Origin: an uncultured Spirochaetota bacterium
GTDB taxonomy: Bacteria; Spirochaetota; Spirochaetia; SZUA-6; Fen-1364
Assembly: GCA_963734545.1 (NCBI GenBank)
Contig: CAVTHO010000005.1
Span: 576,001 to 640,000 of the forward strand
DNA length: 64,000 bases
Direction: 5' to 3'
Positions 20,629 through 30,496 of the stretch are shown here, piece after piece. Numbering within the stretch: position 1 is the stretch's first letter; every line of letters starts with the position of its first letter. The notes under the pieces were generated by a model, which saw nothing but the letters and a program-made list of their open reading frames with translations, did no database searches and was not told where the DNA came from. The translations under genes were made by a program, and so were the position numbers.

Positions 20629-21408
20629 TCAGCGGTAGCCGGCGGGCCGGCGGACACGCTGCCACAGCACGAGGGGCAGAAAGGGCGCCGAGTCGATGAA
20701 GTACCGGCGAAAAAGCCGTTTCGGTTCCCGCAGGAACCGGTAAAACCACTCCAGCCCTGCCTTCTGCATCCAGTGGGGGGCGCGCCCGACGGAACCGCTC
20801 CAGATGTCGAACGCGGCGCCCACTCCGATGGCCAGTCGTACTTCGAGCTTCTCCAGATTGGCGCGGATCCACAGCTCCTGCCGGGGCGCGCCCAGTCCGA
20901 CCCACAGAATATCCGGTCGTGCCGCGTTGACGCGCCGGATGATTTCGTCGTTGGCAGGGGTGGAAAACACGGGGGAGACGGGAGGGGCAAAGGAGCCGAC
21001 CAGGCGAAGACGGGGAAATCGCCGAAGGAGCACCCTTTCGAGCCTCCTGACGACCTCGGGAGTCGAGCCGAGAAGGAAACATGTATATCCCCTGATCTCC
21101 GCCACCCGGGAGAGCTCCCCCAGCAGGTCCGCACCGGCCACCCGGCCGGGAATCCGTGCACCGAGGATGCGTGATGCCCACAGGAGCGGGACCCCGTCCG
21201 GCAGCACGAGGGAAGCCGCATTGCAGACGTCGAGGAAAAGCCGGTTGCGGCGCGCATACATGAGCGAGGCCACGGGAAGGACGATCGCCTGGTGGGCGCC
21301 TCCCGCTCCGATCAATTCCTCCAGCCTCGAGATGGCACTCCCAAGAGAGACGCGGTCCACGGTGCATCCGAGAATTTCCACGCGGCCCTGCCGGTCTCTC
21401 CTTCTCAT
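20629..21408 (-). CDS. WecG/TagA/CpsF-family glycosyltransferase (GT26)
   Basis: LVLPDGVPL, RVAGADL, ILWVGLGAPRQE, GVGAAFD, RAPHWMQKAGLEWFYR..EPKRL. Confidence 0.9.
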   Translation of the reverse strand: MRRRDRQGRVEILGCTVDRVSLGSAISRLEELIGAGGAHQAIVLPVASLMYARRNRLFLDVCNAASLVLPDGVPLLWASRILGARIPGRVAGADLLGELSRVAEIRGYTCFLLGSTPEVVRRLERVLLRRFPRLRLVGSFAPPVSPVFSTPANDEIIRRVNAARPDILWVGLGAPRQELWIRANLEKLEVRLAIGVGAAFDIWSGSVGRAPHWMQKAGLEWFYRFLREPKRLFRRYFIDSAPFLPLVLWQRVRRPAGYR

Positions 21409-22584
21409 CCCGGCACGCCCGGCCTTTCGCGTGCCCGCGAATAGAGATTCATCAGGAGAGCATAGTTCGCCTCTGCCGTGAACTTCGAGAGGAACTCGGC
21501 CCGCGCTTCCGCGCCCATCGTCCGGGTCTCCCGCGGCCGGTCCCACAGACGCTGCACCGCTGCGGCAAGGCCATGCGGATCTCCCGATTTGAAGTGGAGG
21601 CCGGTGCGCCCGTGATGGACGATCTCCGCCGCCGCCCCGATGTCGGTTGAAATGACCGGGAGGCCGCAGGCGAAGGCTTCCGCTATGACAAGGGCGAATG
21701 TTTCGTACCACGTCGATGGAAATACCAGGAATCGGGCCCGCTTCATCAGGTCGAAGACTTCCTGCCGTGCAAGCGCGCCGTAGACCCGAACCATTCCCCG
21801 CGGCCGCGACCGCGCGAACCTGTCGACCAGGTCCCGCATCGGTCCCTCTCCGCAGACTGCAAGCGGCACTCGCGGCAGGCCCTGCCAGGCATCGAGCAGC
21901 ACCCGGATCCCCTTCTCCGTGGTGAGTCTTCCCGCGAACAGGGCGAAATCCCCCTCTGCGCCTCCCGCGCCCGGATCCGGATGCACGAAGTTCGGCTTCA
22001 CCGCGATCAGCCCTTCCGCGATGCCCCCCTCGATGAGTTTCCTCCGTGAGAACTCCGAGGGCGCGATGAAGAGATCCACCTTGTTCCGCCAGGTCCCGAG
22101 CATGCGGTGCGTGTGCAGCATCATCGTCACGGCGGCGGTCTGCAGTCGGGAGCCGCGATAGCAGCCGTGAAACACTCCGGGCCACAAGAGGCGCGTGCCC
22201 ATGCAATCCTCACAGGGCCGGCCGGAGCGGAAAGAACGTGGCCGCCGCGCAGAGCAGCCGGTAGTTGTGCAGGGTCTGGACCACGGGGGTGCCGGTCTCG
22301 CGGCAGGCCCAGTACGCGGAAGGGGAGATGAGCGGGAATGTATTGTGAAAATGCGCAACATCGGGCCGCTCGCGGCGAATGAGGTCCCGCAGCCTCATCC
22401 GCGTACCGGATGACCAGACGGTTCGCACGGCGGCCGCGGGCCGGCCGATTTCATCGATGCGGCGATTGTCCTCCACATACTCCACCACGTCGTGACCGTG
22501 ACGCCGCAGAAGGGATGACTCCTGCAGGAACACGGCGTCCTCGCCGCCGCTGTGGAGGTAGCGGTTGTGAACGAGAAGGATCAT
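21405..22584 (-). CDS. Glycosyltransferase family 4; frameshift near 22225
   Basis: HNRYLHSGGED, HFHNTFPLISPS, TLHNYRLLC, then GRLTTEKG and PSTWYETFALVIAEAFACGLPV. Confidence 0.88.
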
Positions 22585-22590
22585 CGAGGA

Positions 22591-22618
22591 ATACTACACC
22601 GGAACGCGCCCCTTTCAA
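22591..22618 (-). promoter_or_regulatory. Putative sigma-70 promoter giving a leaderless GT4 transcript
   Basis: Minus strand TTGAAA-16 nt-TAGTAT-6 nt-ATG (22584), no SD sequence. Confidence 0.55.
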
Positions 22619-22675
22619 GAACCGCCCTTCAGGTGCTACCCTTGTCTCCATGGATACTTATGGGGAGTCCCTGTC

Positions 22676-23362
22676 GTGAAGCCTTTTCTGGCCTCCCTGG
22701 CACTCCTGATTGGCGCGCTTCCCGTTCTCCAGGCCGAAGGTCAGGGCGCCGCGATCGTCCAGAAGATCATGGAGATCGTGCTGACGCACAACCCGGTCCT
22801 CACCTCGGCCGCGCGCCTGGAAAAGGAGAGCGAAAGGCTTCCCCGGCAGGACCTCTCTTTCCTCATCCCCGGGGTGAGCGTGGGGGCAGGCTTCGGCACG
22901 TGGAACCCGCAGACCAACACCTACGTGTATGTTCCCAACCTGTCCCTTGGCCTGACCTTCTCCTTCAGTGACCCGACCCGGACCATGAATGTCTTCAGGA
23001 TCCAGGAGGCCAAGGAGAAGGCGAAACAGGATTGGGAAACCTCCCGAGTCGCTGCGCTCTCCCTGCTGTTCTCCAAGATACGGGAGATCGGCACGCTGCA
23101 GAGCCGAATGAAAAGCAATCTCGCCCTCAAGAAGTATCTGGAGGATTTCAGCAGCGCCGCGGAGACCCAGAGCCTCGCCCAGACCATGGGACCGGAGAAG
23201 CTCTGGGACCTGAAGGAGCGGCTGGCGAACCTGGATACCGATCTCCAGGCCGCGGACGGCCAGATCCAGTCCCTGATGCTGGAGACGGCAATGAGCCTGG
23301 GAGGCGATGCATGGGAGGAGCTCCTCGCTCTCCTCCGGCAACTGGTGGCGCAGGGCCTCTGA
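22676..23362 (+). CDS. Exported protein resembling a single TolC/OEP repeat
   Basis: Signal peptide; VLTHNPVLTSA, LIPGVSVGAGF and SLGLTFSFSD followed by long coiled-coil helices; 228 aa; directly upstream of wzc. Confidence 0.5.
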   Translation: MKPFLASLALLIGALPVLQAEGQGAAIVQKIMEIVLTHNPVLTSAARLEKESERLPRQDLSFLIPGVSVGAGFGTWNPQTNTYVYVPNLSLGLTFSFSDPTRTMNVFRIQEAKEKAKQDWETSRVAALSLLFSKIREIGTLQSRMKSNLALKKYLEDFSSAAETQSLAQTMGPEKLWDLKERLANLDTDLQAADGQIQSLMLETAMSLGGDAWEELLALLRQLVAQGL

Positions 23363-23382
23363 GAGCGCGGAGAAGCGCGGCC

Positions 23383-25323
23383 ATGAGAGAGCACGCGAAG
23401 GACCGCAGGAGGTTCGCGGAATCTAGGAAACTCCTCTGGCGGCGGAAATGGATCGCCGCCGTCACTGTCGCGGCAACATTATCGACGGTCTTCGTTGGCA
23501 ATTTCCTGGTCACGCCCCTCTACGAGGCCTCTGCCATGCTGTACGTCAAGGAACAGGTGCCCGCGTTTCTCGGCACCGGCTACCCGAGCAACGACCCTTC
23601 TGACCTGACGCCGGCAGGGGAGATCAGCACCCAGATGGAGATCCTCAAGAGCAGGAGCGTGCTGGCGGACGTGATCGGGCGGCTCGACCTGGTGAACCGC
23701 TTCGCGGCGAAGACGGGAGGCGGGGAGAACCAGAGGATGCAGCTCGCCATCGACAGGCTGCGGAAGTCGCTGTCGGTCGGCGCCATCACCGACACGCGTC
23801 TCATCAGGGTGTCGCTGCGCTCACCGGACCCGGAGCTGGCCATGCGGATCACCAACGCGATCTCCCAGGCCTTCATCGAGAGGAACGTCGAATCCCGCCG
23901 GGGCGAGGCGAATGCCGTCCTCAGCTTCGTCTCCAGCCAGGCATACACGGTGAGCCAGAGGCTGAACGCCGCTGAGGAGGACCTTCTCACGTACAAGCAG
24001 ACCGAGAAGATAGCCGTGCTGGACGAGGAGACGACGTTGAAGCTGGATCGTCTCTCCCGGCTGGAGGTCGACTTCCAGCAGGCCCGGCTGGACAGGCAGA
24101 TCCTCGCCACACGAATCGCCGCTCTCCAGAGGGCGGCGTCTGCCGGCGCTCCCGGCCCCCAAGCGGCGGGCTCCCTCAACCCGGTCCTCCGGATGCAGAT
24201 CATGGACTACAGGTCTCAGGACACGGTGCGTGCGGCGCAGGAAGAGGCACTGCGGTCGCTCATCAGCGTGCACGAAGCGGAAATCAACAGGCTCCCCCCC
24301 CGGGAGAAGCGGTTGGTCCAGCTGGAGCGGGCCCGGAGGATAAACGACGAGCTGTATGCGGCGCTCGTGAAGTCAACGAATGAAGCGCAGATCGAGGCGG
24401 CGAGCCAGATCGGCAACATCGACGTCATCGACCCCGCGGTGCTTCCCGTGGTTCCGGTGCGCCCGAAGAAGCAGGAGAACCTCCTTGTCGGGATCCTGCT
24501 GGGCCTGCTCCTCGGGGTCTGCTTCTCGTTTCTGTTCGAATACTTCGACCACTCCGTCACGACGGAGGAGGAAGTGAAAAAGCTGCTGAATGTGCCGCTC
24601 CTCGGCTTCATTCCGAAGTTCCTGAAGCCGGGGGTCACCTCCCTCCTGACCCGCGACGCGCCCCACTCCCCCGTGTCGGAGGCGTTCCGCATGCTTCGGA
24701 CCAATCTGCTCTTCGTCGAGATGGAAAGAGGGCTGAAGACCATCGCGGTGACGAGCTCGATTCCCGGGGAGGGCAAGACGACCATCGCGGCCAACCTCGC
24801 AATCGCCCTCGCCTCCCAGGGGGAGAGAGTGCTCATCGTGGACGCGGATCTGCGCGCGCCTGCGGTCCACAGGATATTCGGCCTCCCCCAGAGTCCTGGA
24901 TTCACCAGCATCCTGGCGGAGCGCGCGGACTACCGGGGTCTCCTGCGGGAGATCCCCGGAGCTCCCCTGGTGCGGGTGATCACGAGCGGCCCCCTGCCGC
25001 CCAATCCTGCGGAGGTCGTCGGGTCCATGCGGATGAAGAGTTTGATCGGTGAGTTCCGGGAGAGCTTCGACCGGGTGATCTTTGACGCGCCGCCCGTGCT
25101 GGGGGCCACGGAAACCGTGGTGCTTGGGTCGTTGATGGATGGCAGCCTCCTGGTGCTGGGCATGGGGAAAATGGATCGGAGGGCAATCAGGAGGACCTGC
25201 GAGATCTTCGGCACCACCAGGGTCACCATGGTCGGCGGCGTCCTCAACCGGGTGGAGAAGACCGACCGGCGGTACAGCCGCCACTACTATCGGGCGCCCG
25301 CCGAATCGTCCCGGCACAGCTGA
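23383..25323 (+). CDS. wzc: Polysaccharide co-polymerase/tyrosine autokinase (Wzc), copy 1
   Basis: LWRRKW TM1, EILKSRS, VIDPA..PVRPK TM2, SEAFRMLRTNL, PGEGKTT, DADLR, PPNPAE, DAPP; Tyr tail RYSRHYY. Confidence 0.9.
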   Translation: MREHAKDRRRFAESRKLLWRRKWIAAVTVAATLSTVFVGNFLVTPLYEASAMLYVKEQVPAFLGTGYPSNDPSDLTPAGEISTQMEILKSRSVLADVIGRLDLVNRFAAKTGGGENQRMQLAIDRLRKSLSVGAITDTRLIRVSLRSPDPELAMRITNAISQAFIERNVESRRGEANAVLSFVSSQAYTVSQRLNAAEEDLLTYKQTEKIAVLDEETTLKLDRLSRLEVDFQQARLDRQILATRIAALQRAASAGAPGPQAAGSLNPVLRMQIMDYRSQDTVRAAQEEALRSLISVHEAEINRLPPREKRLVQLERARRINDELYAALVKSTNEAQIEAASQIGNIDVIDPAVLPVVPVRPKKQENLLVGILLGLLLGVCFSFLFEYFDHSVTTEEEVKKLLNVPLLGFIPKFLKPGVTSLLTRDAPHSPVSEAFRMLRTNLLFVEMERGLKTIAVTSSIPGEGKTTIAANLAIALASQGERVLIVDADLRAPAVHRIFGLPQSPGFTSILAERADYRGLLREIPGAPLVRVITSGPLPPNPAEVVGSMRMKSLIGEFRESFDRVIFDAPPVLGATETVVLGSLMDGSLLVLGMGKMDRRAIRRTCEIFGTTRVTMVGGVLNRVEKTDRRYSRHYYRAPAESSRHS

Positions 25324-25350
25324 GGCGCCGGGCGGCCTCCGGGCAGGCGC

Positions 25351-26688
25351 TCAGGAAGAGCGCAGGAATGCGCGGTGGAGGATGGCCCGTCTCTTTTCCG
25401 CTCGCTTTGCAAGCAGCTCCAGAATGATGTCCCCAATGCCCGCCGTCACTTTTTCCAGGGGCTGGGCCGCATCCACGACCCTGCCATTCTCCATCGAACC
25501 GACCAGCGCGGCGTACGCGTGACGCTGCCGCTCCAGCTCGTCGAGGCTGATCTCTGTTTTCCGGCCGATCAGGGTCTGCGCCGGCGCGTCCAGAGCGATG
25601 CACAGATCCGGCTTCGGCACTGCCCGGGCGAACGCCCTGGCCAGCCAGGAGGGGCCGCCGTAGCGATACCGCCGGGGATCGACCAGGATATCGTAGGCAT
25701 AGCGGTCGAAAAGAATCAGCGAACCGCGCTCCAGGGGCCTCCAGAGTTTCATCGCGCGTCCCAGGGTGAACTCGAAATACCAGACAACCAGCTTGAGGAC
25801 GGAGGACAGCATCGTCCTGCTCGTTGTCTCGTGCGGGTTGTCCACCGTTTCCCGGCCGGCCGCCCCCCGCCCGCCCAAGGGCAGCCATCCCGGGAAGAGG
25901 TGACACCGCACGACGCTCATCGGGGCGTCGGCGCATTCCGAGAACCGGCGGATGATGCTCGTCTTGCCGCTGCCGTCAGGTCCCAGCAGCACGACCACGA
26001 ATCCGGGATGCTCCCGGAACCTTTTGGCCAGCATCCAGAAATGCCTTGTCACATTGGCGAGGGAAGACAATGGACGACGAGCAAAAGCGCGAAGAAGGAA
26101 ACTGCGCCGGACTCTTCGATGAGGGACCTTCGTGCCGCTGGCCACGCTGTCCAGCACCCCGCCTGCCAACCGGGTGCCGACCACCGGGCGAAGCCTGCGC
26201 AACATGCGGGCGTGGTGCCGCCGGATGGCGTCCGACACGAACTGTCCGTGACGTGTCACATCACCCATCCACAGCGTCTGGCGCAGGATCATGTAGAGGG
26301 CCAGGTCTGCATCGGCGACCGCAGGAAACCCGCAAGAGTCGTCAATCGATGCACCTTCCAGCGGGATGTGCAGATACGGCACGCCCCTGTAGGAAAGACG
26401 GGGAAGCAGGTCGACATGGAGGACCCTGCCGGAGCCAGGATGGCGCCAGTAGAGTTGATGGGAATACTCGTTCGCAATGGTATTGAAAAGGACATAGCCC
26501 TCGGCGCCCAGCGTTTCCGTCAGGAAGCGCCAGGCCTTCCCGAGGTTCTCTTCCGCTATCAGCAGGTCAATGTCGTGAAAGAAACCTCTCTCCAGGTTGC
26601 CCCGGGCGTCACCCAGGAACGCAAAGGGGATTCCTGCTGCCCGGGTGAGCAGGATGACGCGCACTGCCTCGGATGCATCGACCGCCAC
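25351..26688 (-). CDS. Fusion of a nucleotidyltransferase-like N-terminal domain and a thymidylate-kinase-like C-terminal domain
   Basis: HDIDLLI and LHVDL (NTase-fold Asp pattern); GPDGSGKT P-loop, ILFDRYAYD and PKPDL (TMK motifs). Confidence 0.7.
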   Translation of the reverse strand: MAVDASEAVRVILLTRAAGIPFAFLGDARGNLERGFFHDIDLLIAEENLGKAWRFLTETLGAEGYVLFNTIANEYSHQLYWRHPGSGRVLHVDLLPRLSYRGVPYLHIPLEGASIDDSCGFPAVADADLALYMILRQTLWMGDVTRHGQFVSDAIRRHHARMLRRLRPVVGTRLAGGVLDSVASGTKVPHRRVRRSFLLRAFARRPLSSLANVTRHFWMLAKRFREHPGFVVVLLGPDGSGKTSIIRRFSECADAPMSVVRCHLFPGWLPLGGRGAAGRETVDNPHETTSRTMLSSVLKLVVWYFEFTLGRAMKLWRPLERGSLILFDRYAYDILVDPRRYRYGGPSWLARAFARAVPKPDLCIALDAPAQTLIGRKTEISLDELERQRHAYAALVGSMENGRVVDAAQPLEKVTAGIGDIILELLAKRAEKRRAILHRAFLRSS

Positions 26689-26696
26689 GCGGTGCC

Positions 26697-27290
26697 CTAT
26701 GCCTTCCTGATGACCCGCGCCGGATTACCCGCCGCGACAGTGTCGGGCGGCAGGCTGCCGGAGACCACCGCCCCCGCGCCGACCACCGTGTTTCGCCCGA
26801 TCCGCACCCCCTTCAGGACCATGACGCCCATGCCCAGAAACACCCCGTCCTCTATGACGACCGGTGCACTCCGGATCTCTCCGGTTTCCCGGGCCGCTCT
26901 CTGCGCCGCATCGAGCGGATGCAGGTCAGAATCGACGATGGTGCAGTTGGCCCCGATCATCACCCCGCGGCCGATTACAATGCCCTTCCGGGCGAGAAGC
27001 GTGGTCCCGCTCATGCTGACCTCGTTGCCCACGGTGACACGGGCTTCGGGAGTGATGGTGCGGATCATGCAGCGATGATTCAGACCGACAGGATTCGACA
27101 TCTTCGCGGAACGCAACACCACATCCGAGCCGAGGACGATCTGGCCGCGCCGAAAAGGCAGGATGAGAGGATATCCGTACACCCGCAGGTTCTTTCCGCA
27201 GGGAACGCCTGCGGCCTTCAGGTAGGCGCGGTACACGACCGTCAGGCACTCGTGGTAGAGAGTGTACAACCTCTTGAAGAGCCGCTGCAT
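26697..27290 (-). CDS. Hexapeptide-repeat O-acyltransferase
   Basis: IVDSDLH, PVVIEDGVFLG..VLKGVRIGRNTVVGAGAVV, AGNPARVI. Confidence 0.9.
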   Translation of the reverse strand: MQRLFKRLYTLYHECLTVVYRAYLKAAGVPCGKNLRVYGYPLILPFRRGQIVLGSDVVLRSAKMSNPVGLNHRCMIRTITPEARVTVGNEVSMSGTTLLARKGIVIGRGVMIGANCTIVDSDLHPLDAAQRAARETGEIRSAPVVIEDGVFLGMGVMVLKGVRIGRNTVVGAGAVVSGSLPPDTVAAGNPARVIRKA

Positions 27291-28109
27291 TCAGGCCTTG
27301 CCTTTTTCCTTTCTCGTGGGTACGAACCCCCTCTCCCGGTGGAAGGCAATGAGCGTTCTCACGAAATGATAGTACTGCACGCACTTCCTGGAGAGCCGGA
27401 ACCGGGGCAATCCAAAGCTCGACCGGATTCTCTTCTGCTCGTCATGGAACCCTTGAACCTCCCTGACCGACTTGCTGGCATCATGGACCCGGAACACGGA
27501 CCAGTAGTCGTGCACATGCCGTATCGCGTCCGGTCTGTCCTTCAATGCCCGTCCGATTTTCAGGAACAGGTCATAGTCGAAGGCAAACTGATAGTCTGAG
27601 CTCAATCCCCCCACCGCGTCGTAGATTCTGCGCGTCCAGAAAGCCGACGGCTGGGGGATCATCAGAAAGACGGCCAGGCAGATCTCGAAATCGAAGGCGA
27701 TTTTCGGCTTGGCAATGAGCCTTCCGTCCGGCTGCAGCAGGAAGTAGTCCCCGTAGATCAGCTCCAGGCCCCCGTCTTCCCGGAAACGGTCGCGCACCTT
27801 TTTCAGTGTCCCGGGCATGAACAAATCATCCGAGTTCAGCCAGCAGCAGATATCTCCCGTGCATCGACGGAAGGCCGCGCTGAGCGCCTTGACCTGACCG
27901 CCGTCCGGCTCGCTCTGCCAGTAGGTGAGGTGCTTCGCATATCGCCTGATCACCTCCACGGATCCGTCGGTTGAGCCGCCATCCATGACGATGTACTCGA
28001 GGTCTCTCATACCCTGGGAAAGCACGCTGTCTATTGCCTGCTCGAGATATGCTGCCTGATTGTACGAGGGCGTGACGACCGAGATTTTCGGACCGGACAT
28101 GACTGGCAT
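27291..28109 (-). CDS. Glycosyltransferase family 2
   Basis: ISVVTPSYNQ, DGGSTD, WLNSDD, IPQPSAFW. Confidence 0.92.
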   Translation of the reverse strand: MPVMSGPKISVVTPSYNQAAYLEQAIDSVLSQGMRDLEYIVMDGGSTDGSVEVIRRYAKHLTYWQSEPDGGQVKALSAAFRRCTGDICCWLNSDDLFMPGTLKKVRDRFREDGGLELIYGDYFLLQPDGRLIAKPKIAFDFEICLAVFLMIPQPSAFWTRRIYDAVGGLSSDYQFAFDYDLFLKIGRALKDRPDAIRHVHDYWSVFRVHDASKSVREVQGFHDEQKRIRSSFGLPRFRLSRKCVQYYHFVRTLIAFHRERGFVPTRKEKGKA

Positions 28110-28136
28110 ACGTCTACCACGCCTGCGACACCGGAT

Positions 28137-28937
28137 TCAACACTTGGTCCGAGGGCCCCCTGCCGTCACGCCGCGTGCGGCATCAATCGGTGCCGACTTC
28201 ATCTCCCGGCTCAGGAACACCGCATCTACCGCCATCAGCCGGTCATGGCTCCTCACCGGGTTGAAGAAGTCGAGAAGGTCGTAGCCCGCGGAATCAAGAA
28301 ACGACAGATACTCGTGCAGCTTGTATTGTCCCTCATACGCGGGGCCGGTGATCAATTCGGTGTAGATGAGGGATATCGCCCGGCGCGCCAGCATGCGTGT
28401 GGCGCCCTCGAGAACGGAGAACTCCGAGCCCTGCACATCCATCTTCAGAATGTCGATGCGGGTAATTCCCGCTTCGAGACAGAACAGGTCGACTGTCGTC
28501 GTTTTCACCTCGATCTGTGATCTTGTTTCCAGCAGCCCTTCTCCCCAGAGCAGCGCTGCCCTCTCATCTGTCGGCAGAAGAGAATTTGTGGCAGGGCTCG
28601 GATTCACGTTGAGAATCGCGGTGCCTTCTTTTTCGGATAGGGCAACGTTGTGGCAGGAAGTACGAGGGTCCCGCTGTACGCTCCTGGCAAGCGCATGAAA
28701 TGATTCCGGGAATGGCTCGAAACAATGAATCGTGGCGAGAGGAAAAAGCCTCCTGTATGCTTCAGTGACTCTCCCGGTGTGCGCGCCAATGTCGAAAATG
28801 ACCGGCTCCTTCATCTTTACCAATTCTCTCTGCACGGCAAAGGCGCGGGTGAGTGAGGGGGGCATCCTGATCAGCTGATAACCAAAGCGGCGGAGAGCTT
28901 TCTGGATTGCCTGCCGGATGGCCTTGTCAATCGACAT
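28137..28937 (-). CDS. FkbM-family methyltransferase
   Basis: FDIGAHTG, CFEP, IDILKMDVQGSE. Confidence 0.9.
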   Translation of the reverse strand: MSIDKAIRQAIQKALRRFGYQLIRMPPSLTRAFAVQRELVKMKEPVIFDIGAHTGRVTEAYRRLFPLATIHCFEPFPESFHALARSVQRDPRTSCHNVALSEKEGTAILNVNPSPATNSLLPTDERAALLWGEGLLETRSQIEVKTTTVDLFCLEAGITRIDILKMDVQGSEFSVLEGATRMLARRAISLIYTELITGPAYEGQYKLHEYLSFLDSAGYDLLDFFNPVRSHDRLMAVDAVFLSREMKSAPIDAARGVTAGGPRTKC

Positions 28938-29655
28938 GCGGTCCCCCGGGCTTGCGTCCGATTATGGCCAGGGAATCCCGCATCGACGGCAGCACTTTTG
29001 TGGCGCTCCAGAGCAGCGTGCGGAGGGCACGTTTCGGATGCAATTGGCTGCCGATCCCCCGCTTTCGAATGCCCTCCCGGCTCCGCGCATACAGGTCCTT
29101 GAAGAAGGTGTTGTAGAAAATACACCTCAGCACATCAAATCCGGCCGCCTGCAGGACAAACCGCAGGTCCGACATGGTGTACTCTCTGACGTGGCCCCGG
29201 TAGGGATTTCCGGATTCGTAGTAGCTTTCGATTTTTGGATAGTTGGTGATGCCCCGCACCAGGGCCATCCGATGCCGGAGACTGACGGCATTCGGGGTGG
29301 AGATGATGATCCTTCCGCCCGGCTTCAATACCCGCATGGCTTCCCTGAGAAAGGATTTCGGCGAGCCGTGCAGATGCTCGACGGTGTCATTGCAGCTTAT
29401 GACATTTATCGACTCGTCGGCGGCAGGCAGGGGATCTTCCATCAGGTCGCACTTCTCTATCCGCAGACCGAACAACGCCAGGTACGCGTCCCTGCCCGTG
29501 AAATCCGTCACATTATAATCGGGGATGTCGACAGCACGGACCGAAGAGTGCCCCATTGCTCTGAGCACCATGGCCGTCATGCCGCTTCCGCAGCCTGCAT
29601 CGAGAATGGCGTCGGCGGGATTCAGGGCAGCCAGCGAGACAAGGTACGTGTCCAT
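28927..29655 (-). CDS. Class I SAM-dependent methyltransferase (true start may be about 45 codons upstream)
   Basis: LDAGCGSG, VEHL, RVLKPGG..STPN, HVREYT; frame stays open upstream to about 29790 without a start codon. Confidence 0.85.
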   Translation of the reverse strand: MDTYLVSLAALNPADAILDAGCGSGMTAMVLRAMGHSSVRAVDIPDYNVTDFTGRDAYLALFGLRIEKCDLMEDPLPAADESINVISCNDTVEHLHGSPKSFLREAMRVLKPGGRIIISTPNAVSLRHRMALVRGITNYPKIESYYESGNPYRGHVREYTMSDLRFVLQAAGFDVLRCIFYNTFFKDLYARSREGIRKRGIGSQLHPKRALRTLLWSATKVLPSMRDSLAIIGRKPGGPHVD

Positions 29656-29788
29656 GACGAAACGATGAAGCTGGGTGACGACGTACGGGCCCGGAAAGGG
29701 TATTTCGCTGCTTTCGATTTCGCGAAAAACCTTCTCAAAGCAGGGAATCGCGTTTCGGGCAAACTCGGCGGGATAGTCTTCGAAGATA

Positions 29789-30496
29789 CTATTCCCTCCA
29801 CGCCGCGACCAGCAGCAGCGGCGTCATCACCCTGTGCGGGGGAATCCCTTCGGCCCTGGCGAGGACTTTCAAGAGGGGATAGAAGGCCCCGCGGAAAACT
29901 GCCCGGGCAGCCCGCACGGCCCGATGGGGAGATCGCTCGAAGGGCAGCAGGGAATACCGCTTCCAACCCGCGGCGCTGAGCAGCTGACCGAGACTGTACT
30001 CCGTATAGCTCGTGGTATGGGAAATGTCGATGTAGCGATACTGGGGGTCGAAGGGATTCGCGGCGTTGTTGACCAGCAGCAGCAGAATGCCGCCCGGACG
30101 GAGACTCGTCCTCAGCGCCGCCATGACCGCAAGGGTGTCCGGGGGCTGAATGTGCTCCAGCACGTAGAACATGGTGATGAAGTCATAGCGATCCATTTGT
30201 CTGCTCAGGAAGAGGGACAGGTCATCGGTCTGGTGAGTGGTCACGCCCAGAGAGGAAACTACCCGGGCGACTTCGTGGCTGATATCCACGGCCTCCACCT
30301 TCTGATATCCCTTCCTGCGCAGCAGGCTCACCAGCTCTCCCCGTCCGGGGCCTATGTCGAGGAGGGAGATGTCCTTATCCGGGGGCAGATACCGCTTGAG
30401 GAGAAGATCGTAGGAGCGCGTGACATCCTTGTCCTGCTCCATTCCGTAGTAGGAGCTCAAGTATCGCTCAAAAATCCACCTGCGGTCGTCGGTCAT
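29789..30496 (-). CDS. Class I SAM-dependent methyltransferase
   Basis: LDIGPGRG, VDIS, VLEHI, LRPGG, DISH. Confidence 0.87.
   Translation of the reverse strand: MTDDRRWIFERYLSSYYGMEQDKDVTRSYDLLLKRYLPPDKDISLLDIGPGRGELVSLLRRKGYQKVEAVDISHEVARVVSSLGVTTHQTDDLSLFLSRQMDRYDFITMFYVLEHIQPPDTLAVMAALRTSLRPGGILLLLVNNAANPFDPQYRYIDISHTTSYTEYSLGQLLSAAGWKRYSLLPFERSPHRAVRAARAVFRGAFYPLLKVLARAEGIPPHRVMTPLLLVAAWRE

Noticed and set aside
19682-22206. Apparent long fusions in the ORF track (561 aa and 525 aa ORFs; similarly 32673..34604 and 60334..63975)
   Set aside because: The N-terminal extensions are off-frame read-through of neighbouring genes. The real starts are internal.
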